A stretch of DNA of 64,000 nucleotides from Octopus vulgaris (GCA_951406725.2 OX597825.1:88970001-89034000); one strand, 5' to 3'. Shown: positions 41,521-55,300, counted from the stretch's first letter. Program-made: numbers and translations. Notes: a model not told the origin generated them from the sequence alone.

Positions 41521-41813
41521 GGCACAGTGAATTGTGTCACAATATATGATATATGTGTGTATTAACAATATCTCACTCGACTCAATATAACCATATAACA
41601 ATAAGCAATGTAACAAGAGCTGATTATCTTATTACAACGGTTCACATAACAATCCCATACGCAAACTCAGGATCAAGAACGAACCTAATGCACTCACAGT
41701 TCGACGTCAACTGACGATTAGCTCGTCTATTTGTAAGACACGTCCAGTCCATTGATAGTCACGTAGTAGGGTGTCAGTTTACTCCACAACGGAGAAAGAG
41801 ATAGATAGAGAGA

Positions 41814-41846
<33 letters not shown>

Positions 41847-42570
41847 TGTATGCTTGCGTGTGTGTGTGTAGTGTTAAAGCAATAATAAATAGTTTTAATA
41901 ACAAAGTACTCTCATAGCAGAAAGAATATTTTACAATTGATATTAGCTGAACACGTTACCGGAAGAAGAATGCGCTTAAACGCTCTAAGCGTTAATGCTT
42001 CAATGGAGGAAAAAAGACAAAAGCATACAGAGAATGAGAAAACGAAACAGGGAAACCATGAAGGCATTTTAACCAGCACCGCGGGATATTACAGCTGGGA
42101 ACCATCACTTTTCACAAGGGAATCAAGTACGCACCAAATAATTGTGCTGAAATTACTTTCAGAAACGTTATACAATATAATCCACGGCAGAAGCTTGTTA
42201 TAAAATTGTTATAAAAGCTTTTTAAGGACGAGTTTACTTCCAGCACCCCACCCTTAATGTTAGCAAAAACAAGAAATACATGTGGATTCCTCATGACCAG
42301 CAAACTCTCGTAACAAGCATAGCGCGATGAGCGGTAACAAGCAAATTACAGAAATATTGAACTGTTTAAAGGGCAAATTGTTTGAGGGACTCATTCTACA
42401 TCATGATGCTATTACTTGCAGTAACAATTAGTCTCTTTGCAATAAACAAGAAAAGAAAAGGTGCCGGCAACAAGTCGAACCATTTTTACCTCTATATTGT
42501 TGAATTCATTCTATGTCTAGGAGGAATTACAACCCCTGTTTCGTGGTCTGCTACCACAACAGCTCCTTTA

Positions 42571-45500
42571 TAGGATCCAGTTAGCTCAAGACATCATCAG
42601 GAAGAACCACGTCCGGTTTCGGCCCCTACTCCTCTACAGTTTTGACGTGGCGGGGCCCCCTTTCGGAAGTGTCTTCAGCTCTGGTGTTCGGTGCATGTCT
42701 TCTTTCTTCTTCTTTCTTCTTTTCCCTGGTCTCTTCGATGTATCGTCAGCGAGTGTCAGCCGGTGACTGACTGTCTTGTCAAATTTCTCCCTTTAAATAC
42801 CTGCCGATAGGCTCCAGCAGGCAGCCGCAACAAGTTGTAACGTGACACTGTCTCACCTTAACTGATTAGTGAAGGCGCGTAGTTTTAGGCCGCACTTTTT
42901 CTAAACGACCGTCACCTGTCAGTCAGCGAAGCTGATTCAGTCAGCTTGTCTCACCTAATGATGTTAATTCACGTCGGCGTGTTTATGACTTTCAAGCCAT
43001 TTCCGGTCTTTTCGCTTCAGCCATATATAGAAGCTGGCTTTTTCGACCACCTCCTGTACTCTCCTTATTAGTTTACGCAGCTCGGGGCTAGAAAAAACAA
43101 ATCTTTTGAAAAGCGTTGTCATTTTCTTTTCAATGAAGCCTCTAGCCCCCACTGCCAGATGATAATATTCGACATTCCATCCCTGTTCTCTGCATTCTTC
43201 GATTAGCTTTTCATACCTCTTCTCCTATCGTTCCTCTGCATTGCCGATGTTCTCTTCCCAAAGTACTGTCAGTTCTAGTAAAATTCCCATTCTCCGGTCT
43301 CTGTTCCAAAGAACTAAATCCGGTCTTTTTGTTGTTTTTATTAGTGGAAATACTACTTGTCTTTCCAAGTCCGTGGCCACCTCCCAGTATCCCTTCCACC
43401 TTTCGTCCATCTCGTATACTTTACTTGTAGGCCTGGTTTTATAACCTTTTCCCTCCTTGTGAAAGTATACTTTCCTGCGCTTTTCTACTTTTGGGTACTC
43501 TCCCCTATTGTACCTCTCGATCTTATCCTTGAGTGCTGTGCTTATGACACCGAGGACTTGATTATGCCGCCATGTATATCTTTCAAGTACTAGTCTGCAA
43601 CTTGAAAGAACATCTCTAACCGTCGCTTTCACTCCGCATCTACACTCATCGGTTTTGTTTATGTTCCACCGGACTAAGTTCGCCGGTGAGGGTAGAACGT
43701 CGAAGGTAGACTTGACCAGGAAGGATGTTCTTGCTTGTTCCCAGCCCAAAGTTCCTTCCATGATATTCTGCGGTTGATCACATATTCCTCCCATCTCAGG
43801 CACTGTCCCTGTTGACTGCATTGCACCAAATGTACATTTCGCCTTTCTTCTTCCTCCTTTCTCACTTCGAATACCACTGCCTCTTTCATCTCTTTTACAC
43901 TGCTCTTGCAAAATGGCCTGAAATTTTGCGACCCTAGGCCGGTTCTAGCTTCTTGCGTCGCTCCGACTATATCTGCGTGCTTTAGTTTTCCGATCGCCCT
44001 GTTTACTGCCGCTTCCGCCTTCCATTTCCTCCCTGTTCGTAACTTTGGAGGGTTTTCCCGGATACTCTGATCTTTTGAATACCTTAGCATCATTACTGTC
44101 CTTGCCTTTCCTGCCTTATATCCTTCGGTGATTGATGTTATTGGTAGTTGCAGCACGGGTTTTCCATATGGTGCAGTTGTATTCAGTGGTTTCGGCAGGC
44201 CAAACCATTTTCTTATAAACTCACTGCATCTTTGCTCCATCCTTTCTTCTCTACTCCAGGCTATTTCGAACATTTGCAATGGCCACATTATTCTTGGGTA
44301 CAGCCCAAATTGCAGTATCCAGCGTTTGAATTTTCCCGGCAGCGTTGTTCTGTCAATTGCTTTTAATCCTTGTTCTACTAACTCGTGTGTTTCTTTCCCT
44401 TGCTTCTTATCATTTAATAAATCTCTATACCGTCTGCCGAGACTCTTTACTGGTTTTTCTTTCACCGTTGGCATGTCTTCACTTCCTATCCTGAATTTCA
44501 CTTCTTACCTTCCTTTCACGAATGCCACGCTTCGAGATTTTTTGGCTTTGAATTTCATCCTTGCCCATCCTATCAGTTCGTCCAATCGCTCTAACGTTCC
44601 CTCTGCTGCTTCTCTACTTTCCGATAATATAGTTACGTCGTCCATAAAAGCCCTTAATGTAGCAGCCATCTCACAGTTTGTAGATCTGAGTAGCATTTCT
44701 ATGACTAGCACGAATAAGATGACTGATATCGTGCATCCGGCTGCAATACCAGTTTCAAGCCGTTGCCACTCCGTTGTGAACTTTCCTGCTGTAAATCTCA
44801 TCCTCAGGTTGTCGTAGTACGACATGAGCATTCGTTGAACATCTTTTGGAATCTAAAAGAAGTCCATCGCTGTTTTTATTATTGCGTGCAGAACAGATCC
44901 ATAAGCATTGGCAAGATCTAGCCAAACAATATATAGGTTTTTCTTCATTTGTTTTGCACAGGTGATGGCTTCCCAGATGGAAAATGCGTGTTCTATGGAT
45001 TCCGGGATTCCGGGGATTCCTGCTTTTTGAATCGCTTCATTAACGTATCCGTTATGCTGTACCAATCTTATGATTAGTCTAGCAAGTATTCTGAACATGA
45101 TTTTCCCGTCTGTATTTAGTAGTGAAATCGGTCTAAATTGGCCTAGTGTTTTTGCCTCTTTTTCTTTAAGTAGAAAGATACCTTCGGCTATACACCATCG
45201 AACCGCTACATTTATCTTCTTCCACATTTCTCTTATCAGTGTAAACAGCTGCAATCGTAATTTCGGGCAATATTAGTATACCTTGTAGCTCACTCCATCG
45301 TTCCCTGGTGCACTTTTTGCTCTTGCTTTCCTTATGAACACATCCATTTCTTTCCGTTTGATGTCGCTCAAATCAAATGGTACTCTTGGTTCAGGTGGTT
45401 TCTTCAATCCGTGCATTTCTGGGAGTACTTCATTTCTGTCAGAGTCGCTGTATGTCTCTTTCAGATGTTGTTCGAGCTCTTCTTTCGTGCAATCCAATTT

Positions 45501-45920
45501 TCCGCTTTTACTTTCAGTAAATGTTTCGCATATTGATAGGGATTGTTCACAAAGCCACGATAGTCTTTTTCCTCTCTCCTTTCTTCTGCTCCTCCTTCTT
45601 TGTTTTCATAGCAGATCTCGATGCATCTTTTTTATCTCTTCATATAGCTGCTTTAACCCTTCTCTTTCATCCCCCTTCGCATCCCTCCATCTGGTTCTGA
45701 GTTTTTTCTTCAATTCTCGAATCTTTGCGATCCGTCTTTCTCTCCTCGGTGGTTCGCTCTTTGCCATTGAGTCTACCTTCCCTGTTGTTTCCAGTCCAAA
45801 TCTTTTCTCTCCCTCCTGGTAGATTGTATTAGCCAGGTTTTCGAGCTTTTGTTCGTCGTCGCCTTTGAATTTGGTGGTCATTCTTGCTACCTCGTCGTCA
45901 ATACAGACATTATTCACAAG
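42571..45920 (-). mobile_element. HERO-like (R2-group, RLE) non-LTR retroelement, frameshifted and 5'-truncated
   Basis: KSAPGNDG, FRPISLLN, WLDLANAYGSV, GIAAGCTISVILF, AFMDDVT, SFLVKSTFDVLPSPANLVRW, CRCG..VLSSC..RYTWRHNQVL, RPDLVLW, LLELTVLWEE; ORF ends ~42964, GC-rich 3'UTR to ~42571. Confidence 0.88.
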
Positions 45921-47428
45921 GAGTGGCTAGAGGTTGGCAAGTGTCGGTAGCAACCGTATTATAAATACAGCTTAGAAAACAAGTTGTTCTGATGCAATAT
46001 ATAAACAGATCACAGCGACAGACAAATATACTTGCGTGTAGTGAATTGGCAATAACTGCTTTCACTTTGTGAGAAAAAGCTTTCTTTGTCTTTTCGCAAG
46101 AAAAATATCATGTAAGTTATGTCCTTCAAATATAGATGTTTAATGAATATTCACAAATTTCAGACAAAAGCTGAAAGCAATCAATCATGTCTATTTTAAC
46201 TCCATGATCATAAATATTGTTTTATACAATGAGAAGTATTGATTTGTGTTTTCTTTATAATTAAAATAACTTGCTTTCGGGATAGTTTCCATAACCATTC
46301 ACTGCTCAGGAAACCACAAACACACACACACACACAAGCACACACACGCGTGCATGCATGCACACGCACGCACACACACACACACATACACACGCATCCA
46401 TATGTTCACGCACACACGCACTTATGTACATAAACCATTCGGCATTTACACCAATTCACAAAAGTATGATTTAGACGTATGTATGTGTACTTATCTAAGG
46501 ATATAAAAAGCAACACAAAGGCACGCTCAGATTTATAAATGTGTATGTGCGTATGCGTGTGTGAGTGTGTGTTTTCGATCTATAAATGAAAGTCGTGTTA
46601 GTTATTTAAGAGCGTACAGTTCTGTGGCAAGGCAGCAGCCAAACGAAAGAGCGGAAAGTTTTATACATGGCAGAATATCTTTGGAAATAAGCGTTAAAAA
46701 TATTGCTTGTTCGTTCGATCTAACCGCAGAGATGACGGGTCGATGTTGGTACAAGGCCTACAATAGATGGGAACAAGGGAAGATGAATGCATGCGGTGGG
46801 TAGTTGGAATGTATTGGGATCTGAAGAGCTAACAATATTGAGACAATGGAATTTGAGGAATTAGACCAAATGGTGCACTACACAATTTCTCCATTTCTAT
46901 GAAGTAGTGTTATAGATAAAAATGTGTGGAGCTGCTTATAGGGAATAAAGTTTAAATATCATATGCTAGTGCGTTTTTCTATGGATGCCATAGCAATCCT
47001 AGTGACATGACCACCCACGTCGAAAATTAAAATCGCTGCAAGTTTAGATTAGCTGTTTTGGTAACTGTAACTTCGCTCTAGTGTTACAAAATGGTACACT
47101 TTATCCATAATTCATTGGATTTCGACAGCTATATACTCACACCCACACGGTCGACTTACGTCGATAGCCTGGCTTTTACTAAAATTGATTTTTCCTGCAT
47201 CAACTGAAGCAGCGAGTATTTGCAGAAAAACCTACAGCTTAAAAATTTGCCAAACCCTAAAAATACACCCATCACTTTATCTCAAAATGCTTGTGATTCT
47301 TTCTTTTCTTTCGTATATTTTACATGGAAAATGGTCAACTTCGAAGAGGCAATTTTGTTTGACGCTCACAGTAAACTCTAATAATCTCAGATATGCATAT
47401 ATATGTATATATATATATGTATATATAT

Positions 47429-48020
47429 AAATTAAATTAGACATAAAACCACTATTAGGCAGTGAAAAACAGTGAAAAATATAAACCAAAACATAGAAAT
47501 AAAATTAATTTAAGTTAAAAAATTTAAAATCATTAATTTATTTTTATAAATTTATATATATATATATGTTTTAATTTAAGTTTTCATTTTTATTTTAATT
47601 TTTTTTTTATTTATTTATATATTTATTTAAATTAAATATATATAACTATCAAAAAGTATTAAAAAGTTTAATATAAGATACTTTTTATCTTATATTAAAC
47701 TTTTTAATACTTTTTGATAGTTATATATATTTAATTAAAAAACTAAATAAATAAATAAAAAAAAAAATTTATTAAATATATATATATATATAAAATATAT
47801 ATATATATATATATAAAAATTTATAAATATAAATTAATAATTTTAAATTTTTAGCTTTAATTAATTTTTATTTCTATGTTTTGGTTTATGCTTTTCACTG
47901 TTTGAGTTGCCTAATAGTGGTTTTATCTCTAATTAAATTTGTATTTATGCTGTAAAATTGGATTTAATCCTAAATCTAATTTTTTCCTGTAAGTTTGGAT
48001 TTACTCCCTAATATTATTAT

Positions 48021-48022
<2 letters not shown>
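47429..48022. repeat. ~510-bp AT-rich foldback with right-side extension
   Basis: Inner arms 47630-47680 and 47686-47736 are perfect reverse complements; diverged outer arms extend to 47429 and 47940. Confidence 0.9.
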
Positions 48023-48096
<74 letters not shown>

Positions 48097-48099
48097 ACA

Positions 48100-48335
48100 T
48101 AGAAATAATCGGACTGAATATCCGATCGCGCGGTTAAACCATTGGGAGTGAAGGACTCCTAGCATTTGTTAGGGCATCCTTCTAGGAGAAGGTAACTCAG
48201 GTAACTGGGATAACTCTGACATAAAACCTGCGACTCAATGGTTACCGATGATGTTGACTTGTTCTTCTTTTCGGATTATCGCTGCTGTTGCTTAGTGAGT
48301 GGGATTGATTCAGTGCACAGTCTTTCCTTACTTAA
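48100..48335 (+). mobile_element. RTE-like 5'UTR fragment
   Basis: GGGCATCCTTCTAGGAGAAGGTAACTC...ATAAAACCTGCG resembles RTE/BovB 5'UTR motifs (from memory). Confidence 0.45.
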
Positions 48336-48700
48336 AAAAAATCCTCTTGCATAGGCATTGCACGATAACAACATTTTTCATGATTGTTGATAGTGCTGTG
48401 AGTGTCAACTGAATGGCTGGCTGTAGCCTTAAAAAGCAAATAAAAGTCACATTCGATCACAGCACCAATAACAGTTAAGCTTCGTGCAATGACCATACTC
48501 GATAACGAGGGGGCAGCCATCATGTATATATATATATATATTACAGATCCAATAGCGGTTCAATGAACAAATGAATTACCCCATCCAGTGAGAAATGAAT
48601 ATCAATTTAATACTCAACCGAAAGACATACTTGTAGTTCTTTGGTTTTATGATACTCGTAACAGGTATATTTATAAAATACGTCTTGTATCTCCAAGCGA

Positions 48701-48926
48701 TCTTTTACTCTTTTACTCTTTTACTTGTTTCAGTCATTTCACTGTGGCCATGCTGGAGCACCGCCTTTAGTCGAGCAAATCAACCCCAGGACTTATTCTT
48801 TGTTAGCTTAATACTTATTCTATCGGTCTCTTTTGCCGAACCGCTAAGTTACGGGGGCGTATACACACCAGCATCGGTTGTCAAGCGATGGTGGGGGGAC
48901 AAACACAGACACACAATTGTATACAC

Positions 48927-48972
<46 letters not shown>

Positions 48973-49134
48973 GACGGGCTTCTTTCAGTTTCTGTCTACC
49001 AAATCCTCTCACGAGGCTTTGGTCGGCCTGAGGCCACAGTAGAAGACACTAGCCCAAGGTGCCACGCAGTGGAACTGAACCTGGAGCCTGGAACCATATG
49101 GTTTTAAACAAGCTACTTACCATACAGCCACTCC

Positions 49135-49135
<1 letters not shown>
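48701..49135 (-). mobile_element. Full-length tRNA-derived SINE with (AGTAAAAG)n tail
   Basis: Minus-strand head AGGAGTGGCTGTATGGTAAG (A box) and GGTTCAGTTCC (B box), internal TA/CA stretch, tandem CTCTTTTA tail. Confidence 0.85.
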
Positions 49136-49222
<87 letters not shown>

Positions 49223-49290
49223 GGAGTGGCTGTATGGTAAGTAGCTTGTTTAAAACCATATGGTTCCAGGCTCCAGGTTCAGTTCCACTG
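49067..49290. repeat. Perfect 224-bp palindrome: SINE head mirrored across (TA)n
   Basis: 49067-49141 is the reverse complement of 49216-49290, with a self-complementary (TA)n centre. Confidence 0.95.
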
Positions 49291-49977
49291 TTTGTCTAAG
49301 TTTTATTAGTTGCATAAAGGAAAGGAAAATGTGGAAGATGCTTGTAGACTACTTAGAGTTTTGTTTCATAAATACATGGAACTTAGTTCTAGAGAAACTA
49401 AAGCATATCTTCAGAATGGCGTTTGAATGATTTCTACTAAAGTTGGAGTAAATTATTACAGCTTATGTGACTTTAAGTCTTAAGCACACACGTTTGTGAC
49501 ATTATTTTAAAATCTTTTTATATATCTACTATTTGTTTGTACTTGTAATTGTATTAGTTAATGGCTTGGATTGAAATATATTCCCCCTGCGTTGTGTTTA
49601 CACGATTTCGTAGTATAATTTTCAAGTTAAGATAATCCAGTGTCTGCTTTTGTTTTTGGTGTAGTCGAGATACTTAAAATCGCTTTTACCTATTCAAGAA
49701 TCCGTTTTCTTTCAGTAACCAGTTGTAGTTGTCTTGTAAAAATGAATTCGTAGGATGTGTTATCTGCACGTTAAAATTTGATATTTCATAATATGACTTC
49801 CAACAGTAATGTGGCTTCCATGACTAACTTAGTATGATTGCAGATTGCATTCTTACCGCATGTGGGAATTTATTCCATTTATACCTTCCATTGATTTTTA
49901 TTTACAAGAATTCAGTTTGTTACTACCTTTACATCCAATTTAAGGAATTTCCAAGGGTAATTGAAGAATTTATATGT

Positions 49978-50051
<74 letters not shown>

Positions 50052-50512
50052 TTAATCTAAAGAAAAACACAAGGAGAAAACACCAACAGCGCGAGGGCGT
50101 GGAACAAGTATAATGTTATTGGACGCTCAGGAAAGGAAAGAAAGGAGGAGGATTTAAGGAGGATATATATATATATATGCGTGTGTGTGTGTGTGTAAGA
50201 GAGTGTGTGCGTATGCACACTTGTCTACAAATCTATAGCAACTTGAGTTCTGTTTAAATTATGATATACTTGCATTTCTTTATCTTGATATTGTTTGTGA
50301 TGTCACAAACGTGTGTGCTTAAGACTTAAAGTCACATAAGCTGTAATAATTTACTCCAACTTTAGTAGAAATCATTCAAACGCCATTCTGAAGATATGCT
50401 TTAGTTTCTCTAGAACTAAGTTCCATGTATTTATGAAACAAAACTCTAAGTAGTCTACAAGCATCTTCCACATTTTCCTTTCCTTTATGCAACTAATAAA
50501 ACTTAGACAAAC
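49290..50512. repeat. 213-bp inverted duplication with ~800-bp spacer
   Basis: 49290-49502 is the reverse complement of 50300-50512; no mismatch seen by eye. Confidence 0.93.
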
Positions 50513-52577
50513 CGAAGGGTTATTGGATTTGAGAAAGAGGATTGCACATACATGTATTCGTTAGGAAACAACCAAACAACCAATGTGATAATGCCTTAGC
50601 CTTATGCTCTAAGCTTACATTCATATGTTTTACATTCATTGCTTAAATTTTAAATGTTTCAAACAGAGTCGGCTAGGTTTTTCACTGATGTATTGCAAAC
50701 GATGTGCTCATTTCTTTGCTTTTAATGAAATATTTTCATTCCTTCTAGTTATTACGTCACTGGCTCTACAGTTCTGAATTTCTATATCACTTAATTGTAT
50801 AGCTTCTATGTCGATTACTTCTGATTGAAATATTGATTATTTTCGGCTCGGAAACTAACACATTTTTTCGATCAAACCGTTGATCAGTCAATGCAATTTT
50901 TTATGAGTTCTCACGTTCAGTCTACACACTCATTGGTTCATTGATTAGGAGCAATCATCTAGTTTTCATTTCGAAATGTGCTTTATCAGACACCAACTTT
51001 ATGAAATGCTTACACTTTCGTTCGGTATTTACATCATACTTCCTGTGTTTAAACAGTTTTAATAGAACATCCTTTCAATATTTAATTAATGATATACAAA
51101 CACCCATGTGCTGTGATTCACCACTGATTAATTTTTCTGGATAATGGTTTTAGGAATTTCACATGAAAACTAAGTAAGTGAAATGTTAAAAACAGAAAAA
51201 CTACAAAGGGCTTTATATAAACTGTAGTAATTAGCTTAATATTTTAAATTCTTTATTAAAATCCTACCTAGCTGTGTAACTAAAGGAAGTAGTAATAATA
51301 TATTGTATATTGACAACAATTCAATTGCCCATTTTATTTCCACTCCAAATGTGTAGCGGCGATAACACTTAAAGATCATACTGAAGAGAAAACAGACACT
51401 TTACGGTGGTTATTTGTGTATCAATGTAGTTCAGCATTATTGATAATGCAAAATCCAGCTTTATATGAAATAATAATTTCTTTCGCAAACAATAATACAA
51501 CATTAGTGTACAGAAGCAAAATATATATTGGTGTTAAAAGTCGCTTAAAAGTCTTACGGGCAAAATTGAAAAGAATTTGTTTTACATGCGAATCGTTACC
51601 AACTGGAAAACATAACATAAGCTGACATTATGCACCACAACACTCATTTATTCTATTTGATAAACTTTTATCTCTCACCTTAAGAAAATAGTGAAAATAC
51701 TTCAAATATATAACTGGATTTGATTTCAGTATTTCTAACGCACACGTATATTTAATTCTGAAGAATTTAATCAAAAATGTAAAATAAAAACTCAAAACTA
51801 AAATTACAAATTATAAACATTTATATCGTCATTTTATTATTTATACGCAACTTAAGCAATTTTTGCTTATTATGTTTATGCAGTTCACAGTTTATCTTCA
51901 TCGCTTATGAATGCAGCCTCCTAGCCATTAGTATATTTCATTTTGAGCTGTAATTAAATTTATCCAATATTAAAATGTCCCGATTAATTTATTTGCAATG
52001 TGTAACGAAATCTGAATAGTTTTAGGACTCACAAAAGAAAAACGAAAATTATTTGAGATACGGTGAAAGAGGAGAAAATAGAAGGAGACATTGAGAAGGA
52101 GACAGTTTGAGGGAGCCAGAAGAAGAGAAGATCTTTGTTAAGAATCATGAGAAATTGTAAAAGTAAATCAATTACAATATTCACATTAATCTAATTAAGA
52201 TAAAATCTATATTTACAAATTAACTATTTAGAAATTTTATAGCAAAATTGATCATTGCATCCGAAAACTATATGCCAGCTTTTACCGGCACACAACATAT
52301 AAACGCGTGGAAATACGCACGCAGACACACACGGACACATGCACACACACACATACACACACACACACACACAGAAACACACGCACGCACACATCACACA
52401 CATGCACACACGCGCGCGCACACAAACACACACACACATGGATTTATGTACGTATATATATACTAGCTTAAAAGCAGACCTATCAGGCGGCGCTTAAGTT
52501 AACTTCTTCGGAGGTTACTTCATTAGGCTTTTGGCCCAACAATGACACTTCATGTATTGAGTTCATATCAAATTTTA

Positions 52578-53608
52578 TTGGGTTGGCAACTAAGTTCTCA
52601 CTGTTTTTTGAAATTTGAAATTTTTGAATCCATTTTTTTCGAGAAGTCTATTTTTGAATCATTTTGGAATCTATTTTGTTTTTGTTTTTTTTTTTTCTAG
52701 TCAATTTTAGTTAATTTCTGTTTAGTTTCAGATCATTAAAATGGTATATCAAGTTAAGAAAAACGAGCATTTTCGACACCTCCTTCTTTATGCTTTTAAT
52801 CAGGGTTCTAAGGCCGCAAAAGCTGCTCGCGACATATGTGCTGTGTATGCATAAAGTGTCATAGCTGAAGGAACCGCTGCATGCCAAAATTGGAAATTTT
52901 GACCTCAAAGACGCACCCCGTTCTGGCCGTCCAGTTGAGTTCGATGAAAGCGATTAAACCAACTTTGGCACGAAAATTCACGTCAAACGACAAGGTAACT
53001 GGCAGAGAAAATGGAATGCTCCCACACTGCTATAGAGAAGCAACTTCATCAGAAGTATGGAGCATGGGTTCCGCATGCTTTAAATGACCATAACAAAAAT
53101 CAACGAGCCACAATCTCCGCTAGTTTGCTTGCTTGTCACCGCTCAACTCATGGACACAAGCAACGATTTCTTTACCGAATCGTTACTGGCGACGGAAAAT
53201 AGTGTTTATACGTCAATATGAAGCAGCGTAAGGAATGGTTTAGCCCCGGTAAACAAGCAACACCGCGCGTGAAACAAGATCTTCATCCGCGTAAAACGAT
53301 GTTGTGTGTATGGTGGGACTTGGAAGGGATTATCCATTACGAATTACTTGAACAGAACAAACGGTCAACGCGGGACTCTATGTTCAACAGAAGGAACAAC
53401 TCAACACGTCTATTGAAGAGAAAATACCTAATCAGCAGAATGGAGTTCTTCTGCTGAACGACATCGCCCATCCTTATATCGCTAATATGACCAAGGAAGC
53501 CATTCAAACGCATGGCTGGGAAGTGCTGCCACATCCGCCGTACTCTCCTGATTTGGCACCAACGGATTTCCACCTCTTTGGATCTCTTTCAAACGTATTG
53601 CGTTGTGG
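52578..53608 (+). mobile_element. Decayed mariner (mellifera-subfamily-like), 3'-truncated at (TA)n
   Basis: TA|TTGGGTTGGCAACTAAG TIR; ATG at 52741 MVYQVKKNEHFRHLLLYAF; WVPHAL, IVTGDGK, HPPYSPDLAPTDFHLF. Confidence 0.92.
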
Positions 53609-53658
<50 letters not shown>

Positions 53659-54499
53659 TCCTCTATCTCTCTCTCTCTCTTTGTAATTTCGTTGTTCTTC
53701 AGGAAACACTGGATGGCACTGCAGAAAACGCCACACCCATCTCGTCTCGTGTATGACTGAGTAACGATTCATAGTTCAAATGCCCACAAACTTTAGTGCA
53801 AATTTTAAATGCATACATACGCTCACAAACACACATGTATGTGTGTGTGAGAGAGAGTGTATGATCTGTGTGTGCGTGTGTGTGTATGTTTGTATGCGTG
53901 TAAAAGTAACATTCACGGATCAAATTTTGTATATATATATATATACACTTATAGGGAGGAATGAGATTTATTCCCACACACGAAAGAATATTGACTAGGG
54001 TTTGCGGGTTGGAAATGGATATGAGTCTAAAACCGAACTGTAGATTAAAATTATTTTAACAGATGCTAAAATACCATATTGGTTTCAACAATTTGTTTTT
54101 TCAATGCTAAATATAAAAGGCCACGGGCGATTGTAAGAACAACAGAAAATTCAGGAAATATACTTAGAAAATATGTTCATACAAATTCCAATATTCAATA
54201 AATTTCACAGAAATGAACAATAATGAGAGTGCAAATGATTCATGAATTTTATAAGTCAAACATGATTAAAAGTTCAGTAGCAATGAGTTCCATTAACCAT
54301 TAAATGCGAGTTTTTAGATTTATAGAAAAAGAGAGGAAAAGGATTAAAAAATATTTTGTACTGCACGAAGGAGGATTCCTCGCAGCGGGTTTTACTGATG
54401 AACGCTGGAAATGTTTTTAACCGAAATTGCTTTGAATAAATTTGTAAGATATTGTCTGAAGTTCGTATTGATTATTAAGTTAATGATGACACTTCTTTT

Positions 54500-55020
54500 T
54501 TTTTCCGCCTGTGATTTAGTATTTTACCTGGTTGACTGCTTTAATATGTCAGTTGTTGTTTGGAGTGTTTTGTTCACATATTTTGGTTTGCCAGTTGTCC
54601 AGCGTCCAGGTTGTTTCACTTTCCGATCACAACATTTACTTTTATCAATTATCACTTGTTTATTTACTTATTTCCTTCCAAGTGTCCGGTTAAAACCTAC
54701 AGCGATGTCAACAACTGATGTTGACAATACAAGGTGTAATTTTACAGTAGGATATCGAATCCCGGAGGAAGCCCGTGACTACAACTTTTCATTTACTGAG
54801 TGTTATCCTTCTATTGCATTGTTAGAGAATATTGAGTTTGGTGTATATTTCTTAATAAACATGTTTCCTTTATTGAATCGGAACTCAAGTGTTTCCGATG
54901 CAATGTTACAGACGTGAAATTTGGTGTTTTGGATGTTTGTTCGATGGTGGAGGTCTCACTGGAATTTTCCTAGTTGTGGAGCCAGGAATCTGCTGCGGGT
55001 GTACTGTCATCCTGTCGCAC
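54500..55020 (-). mobile_element. Degraded Penelope-like fragment (linker/GIY-YIG)
   Basis: DSISYCKITPCIVNISC resembles the PLE GIY-YIG pattern DSFSC....IYCISC; weak. Confidence 0.4.
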
Positions 55021-55149
55021 ATAGTCAAACTTGTTTTTGCTATGTAATCTCCACCATACCCCCTACATTTGAGAACAGTTCCTGTTAATTTTTATTAAAC
55101 ATAATTAGTCCTAGTACTCTTTGATACCACCTCGTATATATATCGTTCA

Positions 55150-55300
55150 AATTTACAGAAAACAATGGACGAAAACAGGTGGTGGAACAATAAGCAGATG
55201 TATTACTTTAACGATCGAAAGAATGCAAAAGTCTTTGATGTTTCGAGCCTACGCTCTTTGATAGAAAAGATTGGGGTAGAAAAGAATGGAGAGGGAACGG
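55150..55300 (-). mobile_element. Penelope pLTR-like repeat (family of 36942-37300)
   Basis: Shares GACGAA.ACAGGTGGT, TGTATTA and TGTTTCGAGCCTACGCTCTT with 36970-37060. Confidence 0.6.

Noticed and set aside
44128-45822. Long plus-strand ORFs (229 aa, 162 aa)
   Set aside because: Antisense shadows of the HERO-like ORF.
54380-54440. CTGATGA...GAAA hammerhead candidate
   Set aside because: No convincing stems II or III, and it is on the opposite strand to the adjacent PLE-like relic.
54411-54917. 168-aa hydrophobic ORF
   Set aside because: No domain motif; overlaps the antisense of a degraded PLE-like relic.
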